NCBI GenBank assembly: GCA_964016885.1 | Contig: OZ024747.1 | Span: 63,364,001 to 63,428,000 of the forward strand | Direction of reading: 5' to 3' | From: Eledone cirrhosa | Lineage: Eukaryota | Length of the DNA: 64,000 nucleotides | Shown: positions 14,500 through 28,545 of the stretch, piece after piece | How the letters are laid out: each line of letters starts with the position of its first letter | How positions within the stretch are numbered: the first letter of the stretch is position 1 | Translations under genes and position numbers: made by a program | Notes under the pieces: model-generated | The model's database searches: none | Told to the model about the DNA's origin: nothing | Seen by the model: the letters and a program-made list of their open reading frames with translations, nothing else

Positions 14500-14571
14500 A
14501 GTTTGGTTCCATTGTGTTCAAACCTGGTGTATATACATATACACCAGGTTTGAACACAATGGAACCAAACT
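14500..14571. repeat. Perfect palindrome (35-bp arms, 2-nt spacer)
   Basis: AGTTTGGTTCCATTGTGTTCAAACCTGGTGTATAT-ac-ATATACACCAGGTTTGAACACAATGGAACCAAACT. Confidence 0.95.
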
Positions 14572-14797
14572 CCCACTGTCTCTCCTGCTCTCCCCATCTC
14601 TCATAATTATGAGCAAATGGAGGCCCACACACTGGCCACTGTGTAGCCCTAGTGGACAGAATACAGAAGGTATTACCCCAGAGGATGGTGAGGGAGATGA
14701 GCTGGAAGAGCTAATGTTAGTAATAATGTGAATATACATTCCTCTCATATAACTGATTACAACAGTCCACTGTGTACGTGACATCCATGCAGTATTG

Positions 14798-14863
<66 letters not shown>

Positions 14864-15654
14864 AGCATATATACAGTATGCCAGTGCTCACCTTCTACTG
14901 TAAAGTGGTTGTGTAAGCATCACAACAAAAAGCACCCCACTGTAAATGAGGTTGGCATTAGGAAGGGCATCCAGCTGTAGAAATCAAGCCACAATCAGTT
15001 CTGTATGTGCAAGGGATGCTCACCTGACCTGACATTACCCCCAACAAGACAACTCCTTTAACCCATGCTAGCGTGGAAAAATGGACATAAAACGATCATG
15101 ATGATATATATCAGAGAAAATAAAAAAACTCTAGTAATTTGATGCATGTGGGCAATCTATGGATGAGCTGAAGGGTACTAGGTAGATATCCATATTTGAA
15201 TAGGAGGAGTGTCTCAAATGCATTGGAATTTGGTTCAAGGTAAACAAGATGAAGACAGACATACAATAACACACTATCTTATTAGTTGCATGCTTGTTGG
15301 AAACGGCAAAGGAAAGAGCAATCTCTGGAGAGTGTTATAACTAGAAGGCTGGGAGAAAAATAAATTGAATGAGAAAACAGGTTTTATCAGCATGTGTGAG
15401 ATAGGTAGGCATGTAGTCATATATGCAGAGGAGGTGACTGAGGTGAAGTGTCCAGGTTTATCATTGGTACAGTTATGTGTATGCAGATGGAGGGCATTTG
15501 TGAGTGTGCATGTTGTTGATTTTATTTTTTCTTTGTGTGTGTGAGATTGAGTATCATATAAACATGTATATGAACATATATGTACATACATATGTGTATA
15601 TATATATACATATGTACATATGTATGCATGTATATATATATATATATATATATG

Positions 15655-15922
15655 GTGTGTTGTTTCCTTGAGCAAGACACTTTATTTCACATTGCTCCAG
15701 TTTACTCAGCTGTAGAAATGAGATGATAGGGACTGAGGTCCTTATCATTCCACTGCAAAGTGGTCGTGTAGGTGCCACGGCAAAAAAGCACCCAGCACTC
15801 ACTGTAAATGAGGTTGGTGTTAGGAAGGGCATCCAGCTGTAGAAATCAAGCCAGTATCAGTTCCCGTCCCACCCTTGCAAGCAGGGAAAAGCGGACGTAA
15901 AATGAAATGATGAATGATGATG

Positions 15923-15924
<2 letters not shown>
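15655..15924 (+). mobile_element. SINE family A, 5'-truncated
   Basis: Matches 113-450 from the core to the tail. Confidence 0.9.
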
Positions 15925-15964
<40 letters not shown>

Positions 15965-16168
15965 GCATGTATATATATATATATATATATATATAACGAA
16001 GGAAATGTGGTAAGGAACCAGGTGGACCATAACGCACCAAAGTACTCAATACTTAGGGTAGTAGAGTGGGTAATAGGAACGAGTAGGACCCCGACGGCTG
16101 AGCTCAAGCCGTTTCGACGGCTAATTCTTGACTAGTCCTATATATATATATACATACATATGTACGTA

Positions 16169-16199
<31 letters not shown>

Positions 16200-16917
16200 C
16201 TTAAATTGTTCACAAAGCAGCTAAAGTATATTATAAATTCAAATCTGTGCACAAACAGAGATGTGTGCAAACAGACACAATCTATATATGAAAACATGTA
16301 AATTTGTCATATTTATGTATTTCTCTGAAGATTCCAGAATATAAAGAACTTGACCTATGTTTCGATCTTTGCTGAAATCTGTATCAGGAGCTATCAACAT
16401 TCATCACAAGCCACATAGAAATACATAAGTAAAGGCATTATATACTTTTCAAATGTGGCAAAAATGTTAATGCTCATCTTGATAGTTAATTCAGTTATTT
16501 AATTGTACTCTAAGCAGCTGAAGTATACTGTAAATTTATTTCTGTACACAAACACTACAGGTTTTAACTATAACCATGAGAAATGTGTATATAAATAGAC
16601 ATGTTATATATTCACATATTTCTTCATTGATTGTGAATGATGTACATAGCCTCTGATGATATTCTCAACAAGGTTCAACATTTGAGTAAAGTTCGTTGTT
16701 TGCAATCTATGGATAAAGATAATATTTAAATAAAACATATTTATATGCTCAAATATATAAATGTGCTTTATTTGTGGAATATTGGTGGAATCCTGTGGTG
16801 TTTATCCAAACACACACACGTGTTTGTGTGTGCATGTATATTTATATACATATGTGTATATATATTTATATATATATTTATATATATATATATGTATATG
16901 TATGTATATATATATAC

Positions 16918-16998
<81 letters not shown>

Positions 16999-17000
16999 CA

Positions 17001-18090
17001 TCATTATCTATAAAAGGCAGATTGTTGTTGCTGTGTGTGTGCCTGGTCCATGTTTATACATTTGCACAATTTCAAACCGATTCGACTCAAAGTCTGTAAG
17101 AATGTTGTAAATGGTTTAAATTAGGTCAACGACTATTTATTTCATTCAAACTCACCCACAATTATGGAGATAATCGATAAAACTAAATACATGACGCCTT
17201 ACCCCTCTAATAGCGAATCTGATTACCTCTCTCTACTCCCCTTAAAATTCAATAAAACTACATACATGCTTACAAACTTCCTTTAGGAACGCCGAAGATA
17301 GAGAGGGGAGAGTGAGAACGTTTGTTTTTGAGTGTGGAACGGTCAAACATTTATTTACTTCAATGACAAAGAGAACTTATTACATTTCAGACGAAACAAC
17401 AATTATTCAAAAGCGACAGATAAATTTATTCAACAACAAAAAAAATAGCGATAAATCTTTTTAAAAACCTCTCAACGAATGTGGAAGAAAGAAGTATCAG
17501 TTTATTTACTATACTCAATAATATACTCTATGAGGTCACTAAACCTGCTAGAAACAGCAGCTAACTCTCCCCCATACCACACCCCTCCATACTGTCTTAA
17601 ATTTTGAAAACATATCCTCTATGAGGTCACTAAATCTGCTAGAAACAGCAGCTAACTCTCCCCCATATTACACCACCCCCTACTGTCTTAAATTTAGAAA
17701 ACATATCCTCTATGAGGTCACTAAACCTGCTAGAAATAGAGGCCAACTCTCCCCCCTATCACACCACTCTCTACTGTCTTAAATTTAGAAAACACACATT
17801 AGACAACCATGCAGAACAACTCCATCGCAGCTCTGTTGTTCGGCTAGCATCGTATACGCGCGTGTTGCACAAGTACTGTGAAACAATAAATTTCAACACT
17901 TCTTTGCACAGAGATAATATCCATAGGCGAAACTACAATTGTAACTGCTGGCGCAGCTCCTGCTTCGGCAGTCCAGGTCTGCAATTCATTCACCCAGTGC
18001 CTGGCAGACAAAAAAGTGCTGCTTAAAATGGGTAGTGCAACCTAACTTTGGTAACTTACTGACCCCGAGCAACACCGGGCTTTAATGCTA

Positions 18091-18091
<1 letters not shown>
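17001..18091 (+). mobile_element. Non-autonomous Helitron
   Basis: The 3' end has a CCCG-agcaacac-CGGG hairpin ~10 nt before CTAG (18088-18091), followed by T. The 5' end is A|TC...CTATAAAAGGCAG (exact start uncertain). It is inserted in (TA)n with no TSD. Confidence 0.7.
17526..17793 (+). repeat. Tandem triplication of a 91-bp unit inside the Helitron
   Basis: Units CTCTATGAGGTCACTAAACCTGCTAGAAA... start at 17526, 17617 and 17708. Confidence 0.9.
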
Positions 18092-18127
<36 letters not shown>

Positions 18128-18269
18128 CAGTCGCTGTTTGGTTGGTTTTCGCTTCTGTATCTTTTATATCTCCACAGTTAATTCATTTGGTCCTCAATGT
18201 TTATCATTGACTGACCAACGGTCAAAAATACAGATATAATATAGATATAAACACATTTATATATAGTCT

Positions 18270-18311
18270 AACAAAGTTCTTTCGTTGCACATCTGCAACA
18301 TCATCAGTTGT
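18270..18311 (-). ncRNA. Hammerhead-like motif
   Basis: ACAA-CUGAUGA-u-GUUGCA(gaug)UGCAAC-GAAA-GAACUUUGU. Core is intact and stem II is a perfect 6 bp, but the stem I/III register is off by one. Confidence 0.45.
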
Positions 18312-18412
18312 ACTATTATCTTCCTCCTGTTCTATTGCAAGTCTACGCCATTTTTATCTTATATGTTTCTTTCTTTCTTTATTTTTGTCTTCTTCTCTGC
18401 GCATGCGTTTGC

Positions 18413-18670
18413 GTGTGTGTGTATATATGTATGTATATATATATATATATGTATGTATGTATATATATGTATGGATGTATATATTTATGTATGTATATAT
18501 ATATGTATGTATATATATATTTGTATGTATGTATATATATATATATGTATGTATATATATATGTATATATATGTACATATATATGTATATATATATGTAG
18601 CGACGTGGTCTAGAGAGTGCTACATATATATATGTATATATATGTGTGGATGTATATGTATATGTGTATG

Positions 18671-18701
<31 letters not shown>

Positions 18702-18790
18702 GTATATATATATATATGTATGTACATATATATATCTATGTATATATATATATGTATATATATATATATCTATGTATATATATATCTATG

Positions 18791-18821
<31 letters not shown>

Positions 18822-18852
18822 CTATGTATATATATAGGTATGTATGTATATA

Positions 18853-18889
<37 letters not shown>

Positions 18890-19262
18890 ATGTATATATA
18901 TATATGTATGTATATATATATATGTATGTATATATATATATCTATGTATATATATGTGTATGTATATATATCTATGTATATATATATATGTATGTATGTA
19001 TATATATAGATGTGTGTATATAAATATATATATATATATATATATGTGTGTAAATATGTATGTATATATATGTATATGTATGTATATATATGTATATAAA
19101 TATGTATGTATATATATGTATATATATGTATATATATATGTATATATATGTATATGTATGTACATATATGTATGTATATATATGTATATGTATGTATGTA
19201 TATATATGTATATATATGTATATATATATATATATATGTATGTACATATATGTATGTACATA
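18413..19262. repeat. Degenerate (AT)n/(ATGT)n microsatellite field, ~850 bp
   Basis: Direct inspection. It is the source of many spurious YIYI/VCVC ORFs. Confidence 0.95.
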
Positions 19263-19400
19263 TTAATAGGGTTATAGTAATTAAGGACTTTGCCATTTGA
19301 ACATCTGCCACTGACGAGCCCCCCTGGTTGAAACACATGTAAGAGCTATATAAAGATATGTTTTAACGACTTGAAACTATTTAATTCACTCATTCTTTTG

Positions 19401-19449
<49 letters not shown>

Positions 19450-19830
19450 CTGTGTGTGTGAGTGTTCAGTAGTTGTTTTGGTAATAAACAGGAGTAACCA
19501 GGGGAAAGCTCTCTACATTAGTAGCTTGTAGTTACGATGGAGATTCAGTATAAGAATAACATTAAGAAAGATGATGACGTTAGATAAATTGTATATTCAT
19601 AATATTTATTTTAATGGTTCCCTTATGCATTCAGCTGGGCACACGAGAAGGAGGACGTGTAATTTTTGAATGCGGCATATCACAAAATCGGATTTTCATC
19701 TGAAGGTACCATTCTCATAACAACAAACAAATGCATAAATTACATCATAGATTGCATAAGGCAACCATTGAAATAATCATTATGAATAAACGATTTATAT
19801 AATAACAACTTTCTAAATGTTATTCTTATA

Positions 19831-19892
<62 letters not shown>

Positions 19893-20437
19893 TATAATGT
19901 AGTTAGATAAATTCACATATAACAAAATCTCTTCTCATCTCTTATAGCAATAAATCATTTATTTTAGTACTTTTTTCCTGTCATTTACAACTGACATTTG
20001 CAATAGTTAAACAATCTATATTAATTTTATTCGTCTTCAACACAATAATGCAACACATTGTAATCTATTGCATCTTAATTCATCATTAAATTATTACCTC
20101 TTTTACTTGCTATATTACTCTCCTACAATATATATATATATCACAGCTTATATTGTTGTTGATATGTCATATTTATATATATATATATGCATATTTATAT
20201 GTATTATAGCTTATATTGTTGTTGGTGTTGTATGTATATGATTGTCGCTTGAATTGTTCTTGCTTTGTTGTTATTGTTGTTAATGTTTTGTATGTTGTTA
20301 TATTTGTTGATGTGGCTTCTCTACACATTGCTTTATTATGTGGATTCCAAATTATTGTTTAATGGTACAACACCCATATAAAACATAAATATATATGTAT
20401 ATATATCAAAAAAGCTTTGGAATATTCCTAATTACTG

Positions 20438-20469
<32 letters not shown>

Positions 20470-20571
20470 TATATATATATATGTGTAAAAGGTAAATAGA
20501 ACTAACAACACAATCGTTACAGTATATGGAAGGTATATATTAGGTTAACGCTTGAAAGAGCATGAAGAGGG

Positions 20572-20607
20572 TCTTAACGCTTCGGATGCTAGTCCTTCAT
20601 CAGAAGA
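20572..20607 (-). ncRNA. Degenerate hammerhead (GAAG instead of GAAA); related copy at 33527-33565
   Basis: UCUU-CUGAUGA-a-GGA(loop)UCC-GAAG-CG-UU|AAGA. The 33527 copy reads CUU-CUAAUGA...UCC-GAAA-UA-UC|AAG. Both continue as AAGACC. Confidence 0.4.
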
Positions 20608-20882
20608 AAGAATGAGAAATAAAATAAATTAAGGGGACAGGCAGGATGAAATAGGAAAAATGTCTTTAGATAAAAATAATAATATTACTAAAATGGGTAA
20701 AGGTATCATGTCAGAGAATATTACAGGCACACGCGCCTTAGTGCCTGCAAGGAAACTCAAAGAAAAAATTCAAAGCTCTTATTATAAATACTAAAATTAA
20801 TGGCATATATGCCATTCATTTTTGAATTTATATATATATATATTTAATTAGAAAGTGAACAACACAAAATATAACTACTCCA

Positions 20883-20946
20883 TTACCAAAGGTTTCTGGA
20901 TCACAGACGATAATAATATATACGTCTGGTACGTTCGTCAGAATAA
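20883..20946 (-). ncRNA. Degenerate hammerhead-like motif
   Basis: UUAUU-CUGACGA...CAGACG(loop)CGUCUG...GAAA-CCU-UU|GGUAA. The base of stem II is weak. Confidence 0.35.
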
Positions 20947-21114
20947 ATAGCTCTGTTCTCTACATAGAGCACTCTCTTTTCCTTTGCTTTTCCTTAAGAA
21001 TTACGTAACATATGTATATATTTATATATATAATATCTAATATAGAATGTATTGAGTACCTTACTTACTGTGGTTACTCCCGATTGAACCCGGGACACAC
21101 ACACATGCACCACC

Positions 21115-21115
21115 A

Positions 21116-21146
<31 letters not shown>

Positions 21147-21400
21147 TTTTAAATTTTTCCCTGCTTGCGTGGGTTGAATTGGTCTTTTTTAACATAATAT
21201 CCCTTCACATGTCTGCTTCCTTTGTCATGTTCTCTGTAAACTTCAGTGATTTGAGATAAGCTCTCACCACCTCTGCTCATGTCTTTCGTGGTCTTCCTTC
21301 ACTGCAGGTTCCTTCCACTGGAATTTCTCATCTCGCCATTTCTTTGCTCTGAGATCATCATCCAAGTGCATCACACATATATACCAGCACATTTCTCTCT
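21115..21400 (-). mobile_element. RTE LINE 3' remnant
   Basis: VEGTCSEGRPRKT motif and a (GAT)n tail. Confidence 0.7.
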
Positions 21401-22458
21401 CTTTAACAGGAAGGTCCTCTCTTTCTATGCTTAAAAACTGCTTATTTTAAGGTGTTTATATTTAAAACACCTTCCAACCTAGCTGAATTATGTTCCATAC
21501 ATTAGCTTAATAATGTGAACATTTTATTAATAAATTCTTACAAATTCTTGATTATTTTCAAAATCATTTGAAAATCATAGGCAGTGTTTGCTTGTTTCTC
21601 TTATTAGAAACATGATAATAAAATGGTTAAAGCCCAAAGAGATTAATTTTAACACGAATATATAAATATATTTTCATTCTTCAAGACGTATTTTTGCCAC
21701 AATTTCTGCTTGTTGCGTGATTTAAGGGCTTCTACCAAATAAAAATCAATTTAAGAATAATTGTTGTTTATCATCCCATTGTGATATAAAATGTCAGAAA
21801 TTTCACAAATGGATTGTTGATAGGCAATTATATTTTTGGCTAAACAGAAAATAATTATTGAATGTATTTAGTTTAGATTCTAATAATCTAGCTTCACACA
21901 CAATCCATTGCCTTACCTGATATATTTCTCATAGGTCTTATATTTAAATTTTATTGATAGCAAGACAGAAATAAGGCAAGGAATAAAGGATATTTAAATA
22001 TTGAAAAAGTGTGTAAATTTATTGGCTTTTTTCTGTCAATTATAAATCCCTTAGATAGGAAACAATAATAATAATAATCATTTCTACTATAGGCACAAGG
22101 CTAGCAATTTGGGGAGAGGGGTAAGTCACTTAAATCGACCCTAGTGTATTACAGGTACTTGATTTTATCGACCCCATAAGGATGAAACGCAAAGCTAACC
22201 TTGGCAGGGTTTGAAGTCAGATTGGAGTTGATTTAATCGATTCCTCTCCTCCAAAATTGTTGGCCTTGTGCTTAAATCATAAATCTTTATTTTCCCCCTA
22301 TTTATTCCTTATTTTCTCCCATTTTATTTCTTCTTTTTATATTAGTACAGTATACATCTGCATAGTTTTCTTATTCATTATGTAAATAGTTTTGATCTGC
22401 TAATTATTGGTGTATAAATAAAATCAAGCAACCATGAAATTAAAGAGGACATGGTAAA

Positions 22459-22640
22459 TTGGCAGTATCGGTAGAGGGTCGGATGCCATGCTTTCCAGCA
22501 TAGAGTTACGGCCCTTGCCATTCTGAGTTCAAATCCCGCCGAGGTTAACCTTGCCTTTCATCCTTACGGGGTCGATAAAATAAAGTACCAGTAATACACT
22601 GAGCAATTGCTGGCCTTGTGCCAAAAGTAGAAACAATTAT
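22459..22640 (+). mobile_element. SINE family B
   Basis: Same consensus as 31459-31639. More decayed copies are at 1-110(-), 6403-6610(+), 22070-22220(-), 23078-23220(+), 37048-37205(+) and 47610-47795(-). Confidence 0.85.
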
Positions 22641-24402
22641 AATGGGGCAAAATAATAATAATAATAATGTAAATTATTGTGTACAGTGCTCAGGTGCACT
22701 ACAACTCATCAAAGGTGCATGTACAGTACATAGAATAATGTACAAATGTCAGGAAAATGAACAGTGTATGAGTCATGATATACACACAGATACATATATA
22801 CATGTGTATGAAGGGTGGGGGGTGGGGAATATCAGGTGTAGTGTTGGTACATTTCAGGATTCATGGAAGTTTTGAAGGATGCAGTGTCCCGACAGCTAAC
22901 AACTAAATAAAAAAAAAACTTTGAAGAGCTCTGGTGTTAAGCTATTTCTGGTGTTATGATCAGTTATAAAAAAATCCTGACAATTTTGTCTTTTACTAGT
23001 GAGTAATGTGTCTCTTTAACCACTTAGATGTTCCTGTAGATACTGTATTGCTTAATATCAGCCAAACAAGGCAGCCAATTGGCAGAGTTGTTAGAATGTT
23101 GGATAGAATACTTTGTGGTATTTGTTTTGGCTCTCTGCACTCCCAGTTCGAATACCACTGAGGTCAATTTTGCCTTTTTATCTTTTCGAGATCGATAAAA
23201 AAAAGTATCAGTCAAGTACTAGTGTAGATTCTTCCTCTATATCTCTTTCTCACTTCCATTCTCTCACTCTCTTTATCCTTCTCTGGAAGAAATCTGCTGT
23301 ACTCAGGCCTGGAGAAGAGATGGTCTGCACCAGGTTTTAAAAATGCCCTAATAATGCCATATGTCAATAGAGTGCCCCTACAAATCCATCGGGAGTTATG
23401 AGACCATTCCATGCATCAGCGTAACACTTTGCCATATTTTCATAAAACTCTTTATTGTATACAAATATTCAAAATATATAATTATAATGGAAGCATTGTA
23501 AGAAGCAATCTAAATCTATTTGCTTGACTTTTTAATGATTTTTTTCTTTATTGCAATTATTATAAAAATACTAATTATGTTACTCTATAATTAATTAAGA
23601 AGAGGCTATCATTATTTAAGAATGCCAGATAGCAGTTTTTATTCTGTTCGTGTATTTCTGTCAGTTTAGCTCTTTAACAGCCAAACTCTGAATTGCCTCC
23701 CCTACACCTAGTTACTATTAGATTATACATTTTTGTTTTTTCCAATGATGGAAGAACCAATCTATTTTCGTGTTCATTTCTTTCACTAATGATCTATAAG
23801 ATATGATTAACTATTACCGTTTTCTAATGAAAAACACTGCCTATAATTTTCAAATATTTTCTTATTATTAAAATTAACAAAGGTTCTTAAAGAAAATTAT
23901 GATGGAACATTTCTACTTAAATATAAACATGTCAACACTTTCATGATTATATTTGCAATGAAAGACACCACTTAGGTTTTTTATATTTTGGAAAATAATT
24001 AAGAATTTAGAGGAATTTAATAATATCTTATCATTTACTTGGTATTTGAAAAATAACATATAATAATGAAAACTATTGTATACAGTACTCAGGTGCACTA
24101 CAACTCATCAAAGGTGTATGTATGGTACATAGAATAATGTACAAATATCAGGAAAGTGAACAGTGTATGAGTCATGATATACACACAGACACACACACAC
24201 ACACATGCATGCATGTGTATGGAGGGGGACAGAAATTCTTGCATAAAATTATGATGGCAGACTTTTAGTTTGGGGTAGTTTGGTATCTAAAAAGTTAAAC
24301 CTATATATCAGAAAACCTTCAAATTTATGACTGTACTGTTCTATTTTTTTTTTCTTTGCCATTCGAATATTGGCGACATGGGGTAGATATTCTATATTCT
24401 TT

Positions 24403-24870
24403 AATAATAATGAAATATTGTGTACAGTGCTCAGGTGCACTACAACTCATCAAAAAGTGTATGTATAGTACATAGGGTAATGTACAAACGTCAGGAAAAT
24501 GAACAGTGCATGAGTCATGATATACACATGTTTGTATTTGGAAGGGGTACATCAGGTGTATTTTTGGCGTATCTCGGGAAGCATGAGGGTTTTAAAGGAT
24601 GCAGTGTCTCAACAGCTAACAACTGACGCAGGCAGTTTGTTCCATGCTTCAGCAACTCTGAGCGTGAAAAAATGTTTACGAAAGTCATGGGAGCTCTGCT
24701 GTTTTCTGATTTTGTAGGCATCTCCACGTGTGTTAGACACATGGAGATCAAAAAGGTGCTCAGGGTTGTTGTTGGCGAGATGGTTAATAACTTTGTGGGT
24801 GTTTACTAAGTCCATTGCCAGACGTCGAAGCTTCAATGAATCCATGCCCAGGGATATGAATTTTCTGTCA
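24403..24870 (-). mobile_element. CR1-clade LINE 3' fragment
   Basis: SLKLRRLAMDL...TRG..YKI...RKHFFTLRVAEAWNKLP..VV motif. The 3' UTR ends CACCTGAGCACTGTACACAA(TTA)n. Shorter copies are at 22652-22905(-), 24060-24230(-), 28895-29145(+) and 30928-31160(+). Confidence 0.85.
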
Positions 24871-25269
24871 AATGTTGTCTATCTGTCTTCCTCTTTCTGC
24901 TTCTATACCTCCCTCTGTCCCTCTTTCTCTCTCTCCCTCTGACCCTCTTTCTAGCCATCGCTGTCATTATCATCATCATACAACATCTATTTTCTATGTT
25001 TGCATGGGTTTGATACGTTGTCATATTATGAGGCCAGCCAGGTCAGGTGACAATGTCTTTCTCATACATATCTGTTGTTGGAATGGTTTTTTGATATATA
25101 TATATATATGAGTGTGTGTGTGTGCGTAATATTGAAACTCTGATTGATACCTTATTGATAACATTCTAAGGAATACAAATCATAGAGTGCTTTACTTCTG
25201 TTTACAAAAACGTTGGTGGATTAGCTGATCAACCAACTTTCATTAATTGAATAATATATATATATGAAA

Positions 25270-25598
25270 GCACGTGGCTTAGTGTTTAAAGAGTTAGATT
25301 CACAATTGTGAGATTGTAAGTAGACTGGGCGATGTGTTGTGTCCTTAAGCAAGACACTCTAAGTTGCTCCGGTTCATTCACCTCTTGAAATGAGGTTGTC
25401 ATGTCACTGGTATCAGCCTTTGCCTTTCCCTTGGGCAACTTTGATGGTGTGGAGAAGGGAGACTGGTATGCATGGGCAACTACTGGTCTTCTACAATAAC
25501 ATCTTGTCCAGGTTTGGGCCTCAGAGGGAAACTTTGCAGGTGCAAAACCTATGGTAATTCATGCCTGAAGGGGATAAGGTGATCTTTACCCTTTTACC
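25270..25598 (+). mobile_element. SINE family C
   Basis: Colinear with 4708-5030. Confidence 0.8.
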
Positions 25599-26819
25599 TT
25601 ATATATATATGTGTATGTGTGTGTGTATGTATGTATATATATATATATATTTGTGTGTGTGTATATATAGAGAAAGAAAGAGAGAATATCTGACATCAAG
25701 TCTTATGAAGGTATCTATCTACCTACATTCACAACTCAAATATTTTGTTTTTATTAATAACTTGGTTAGGTTCAATAAACAAGAAGCTAAATTCTTGACA
25801 CGTATGTGAGCATTAAGAAATTTCAAAGTCCTCAGAGACTGGTTGCTTCTGTCCCTGTTAGTTTCATGCTCTGTCAACATCCTCATTTCACAAAGGTTAT
25901 ATTTAGAAAAATCTTTCTGCAAATGTTTAAACTTGAATCAAATAAGAATTAACTTTATATGTTAGTATGATTGTCATCTCACATAAAAGGTAAAAAAACC
26001 CTTTGAACTGGAAGTCTCAAGGAGGAAGATATAATAGAAAGTACAGATTAAACTCATTTAAAATAAAATCTCAGTTTTCAAGTTATCTAAGCCTTTCATT
26101 GCCATGCTTCAAATGGAAAACACTGCCTTTCATTTTCAAATAATTGAGAATTCAGAGGGATTTAATAATATAACTCAATTTTTTATTCCTGAACTGGTGT
26201 TTTGAGCATAACTTAAGAAAGGTTTTTACATAAAGTTATGGTAGAAAATGTTTAGTTAAATATAAATATTTTAACATTTTCAAGACTGTATTTCTAATGA
26301 AAGAGACTGCCTATAATTATCCTTAAATTTTGAATTAAGTTTTTGAAGAGATTTAGAAATACACCTACCTTTCTTATTTTTAAGCTGCTGTTTTGAACAA
26401 AGCTTAATGAAGGTTCGTATGAAATCGCGATGAAAGTTTAAAAAAAATATAAGTACTTTACAACAAAGTGTTTTCATCATAAGACTACTAGTGGTTTTTG
26501 GCAGATAAGTATCAAAAGAGTTGAACATTAAATTATTTCTCATTATCAAGTTGGTATTTAGAACATACTTTAACATAAGTTTTCACATAAAATTATACTG
26601 GAAGATTTTTAGATAAATATAAACATTTTAAAATCAACAGCTTAGTATTAGAGAAGCAACACCAGTTTCTGATATGAAAAGGGTAAATGCTCTTGTGGTT
26701 GGGAGTTGAAGGATTTTTTAATATAATATATGCATAACTTTTATTATGTCAACTATATTTTACAAAAAGAAGTTATACAATGATGGAAATATAAAAAAGA
26801 AAGATAAAAACAAAATTAA

Positions 26820-27240
26820 GGCTGTAAGGGAAAATAGAGGAAAGGACTATAAATGCCATAAATGAGATGAAAAGAAGGGAAAAGGCAATGACTCTTGGGT
26901 CTCGGAAGAAAGTGAGGGGAAGAGGAAAGGGTGATGGGCTCTATGCCTAGGCATGGCAGTGTTTTGGCAGCACCCCGCAGACAAAACTGCAAAGGTATTT
27001 CTGCAGGCAACAGATGTGACACCTGCTGCAACAGCTACCCCACCTCGTGGGGTTACTTCCTCAGATGTGCTGTTGATGTTTTGATTTTGTGGAGGAGCTC
27101 AGCAGTATGGAGTATGAGAATGCCTGAGGTCTCGATGGGGACTAGTGCATAGAGGAAGTGGCCAGACTAGCCCCAGTATTTACTTGTCTCTCTGTCCTCT
27201 GCATTGCAAGTCTAGATCCTTACTCTGAATCTATCTGCAA
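26820..27240 (-). mobile_element. Diverged CRE-like 3' remnant (related copy ~63480-63655)
   Basis: Hand translation SKY...VPIETSGIL...PHEV..LLQQVS. It shares GTGATGGGCTC...TGTGACACCTGCTGCAACA with 63547-63653. Confidence 0.55.
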
Positions 27241-28199
27241 CACTGATACCATAGACAACTAATATTGTTATAACACTGCCAATGTTTAGGAAGATATTTT
27301 GACTTTGAATACCTGAAAAGATCAGTGAACATTAAGCGATTATTAAATTCAATATTGATGGTGGTGTTACCTGTATTTGTTCATATAAATATAGGATTAT
27401 TGTAATATTGTGATAGGACAACAGTATTACCTAACACTATAAAGTTGAACACAAGACAACCACAACAGATGATGAGGAATCTCATTCTTATGAATATAAT
27501 CCCTCCCATGAGATGAAAACAATTATAGATTAATGTGAGTTTAGGTATTATACATAAAAATTCAGGAGTACTGAGCCATTCATCCTTTTGATAACAAACT
27601 GCTTGAATGCCCACATCCCTCTGGTTATATAATACAAAACTGTTTGTTTTAAAATGTTTATATTAATTTAAAAACATTCCATAATTTTATGTAAGAGCTT
27701 TTGTTAAATTGTGTTTCAACCACCATTTTAATTCCCATGATACAAAATGGCCTCTGGTCCTATGATGCTAAACTGCTTATTTTAATGTGTTTATATTTAC
27801 CAATAAACCAAAAAATATTTCGTCGTAATTTTATGGAACAATCATTGTTATATTATATTTTAAACACTAATTTAATAATGAGAACGTTAGTTATACTACT
27901 ATGTTATTACTGATTATTTTTGTTTTTACAAAATTATGGGAACATTTTAGGTAGATTCTTTCATTAGAAATATGGTAATGAAAGGGTTAAAGTGTTTATA
28001 TTCATCTAAAACTTGTCACCATAATTGTATGTAAAAAACATTATGTTATACTAAAACATTATGCTATACCCCAAACACTAACTTAATAACGAGAAAGTTA
28101 GTTATAATACTAAATCTAATTCTTGATTATTCTAAAAAAAAATTTGAAAATTAGTGTCTTTCATTAGAAATGCAATGACAAAACAAAGTTATGCTCTTA

Positions 28200-28545
28200 A
28201 AACCATGACATTTGGTGCTGCACTTTGGACCGAGGAGGGTTAACTCTCCAAATATTGGACAGGTTTGTGGCCAAGCTCATAACAGTGGAAACTTCTGGTG
28301 TCCTTGGCCCTAGGACCACCTCCCTACTCACCACCTTTGGCATGGAGTTAGCTACCTGCAGGTGTGAGCCTTGTGAGCTGGAATGGCTTTTCCAATACAT
28401 CTCCCACACCATCTTCTGGAGAAATACCTTCTCTATTCTGTCCACTGGGGCCGCAGGGCGGCTAGTGCATGGGGCCCCATTTTCTTGTAATAGTGAGAGA
28501 TGGGGAGAGAGAGAGAGATGGAGGCAGTGAGTGAAAGAGAGAGAA
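28200..28545 (+). mobile_element. CRE-clade non-LTR retrotransposon 3' remnant
   Basis: VETSGVLGPRTTSLLTTFG...EPCELEWLFQYISHTIFWRNTFSIL matches the CRE C-terminal pattern (ETxG..G / E..FL.QR.S.A..RGN). Shorter copies are at 13259-13425(+) and 14540-14715(-). Confidence 0.7.

Noticed and set aside
17526-17793. CRISPR-like periodic repeat
   Set aside because: These are head-to-tail whole-unit duplications with no unique spacers, in a eukaryotic context with no cas genes.
18285-19338. Long ORFs (up to 330 aa) of YIYI/VCVC composition, and similar ORFs throughout
   Set aside because: They are translations of stop-free (AT)n/(GT)n microsatellites.
19305-19346. CUGACGA...GAAACACAUGUA hammerhead-like motif
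   Set aside because: Stem II is out of register and there is no stem I pairing; at best a dead remnant.
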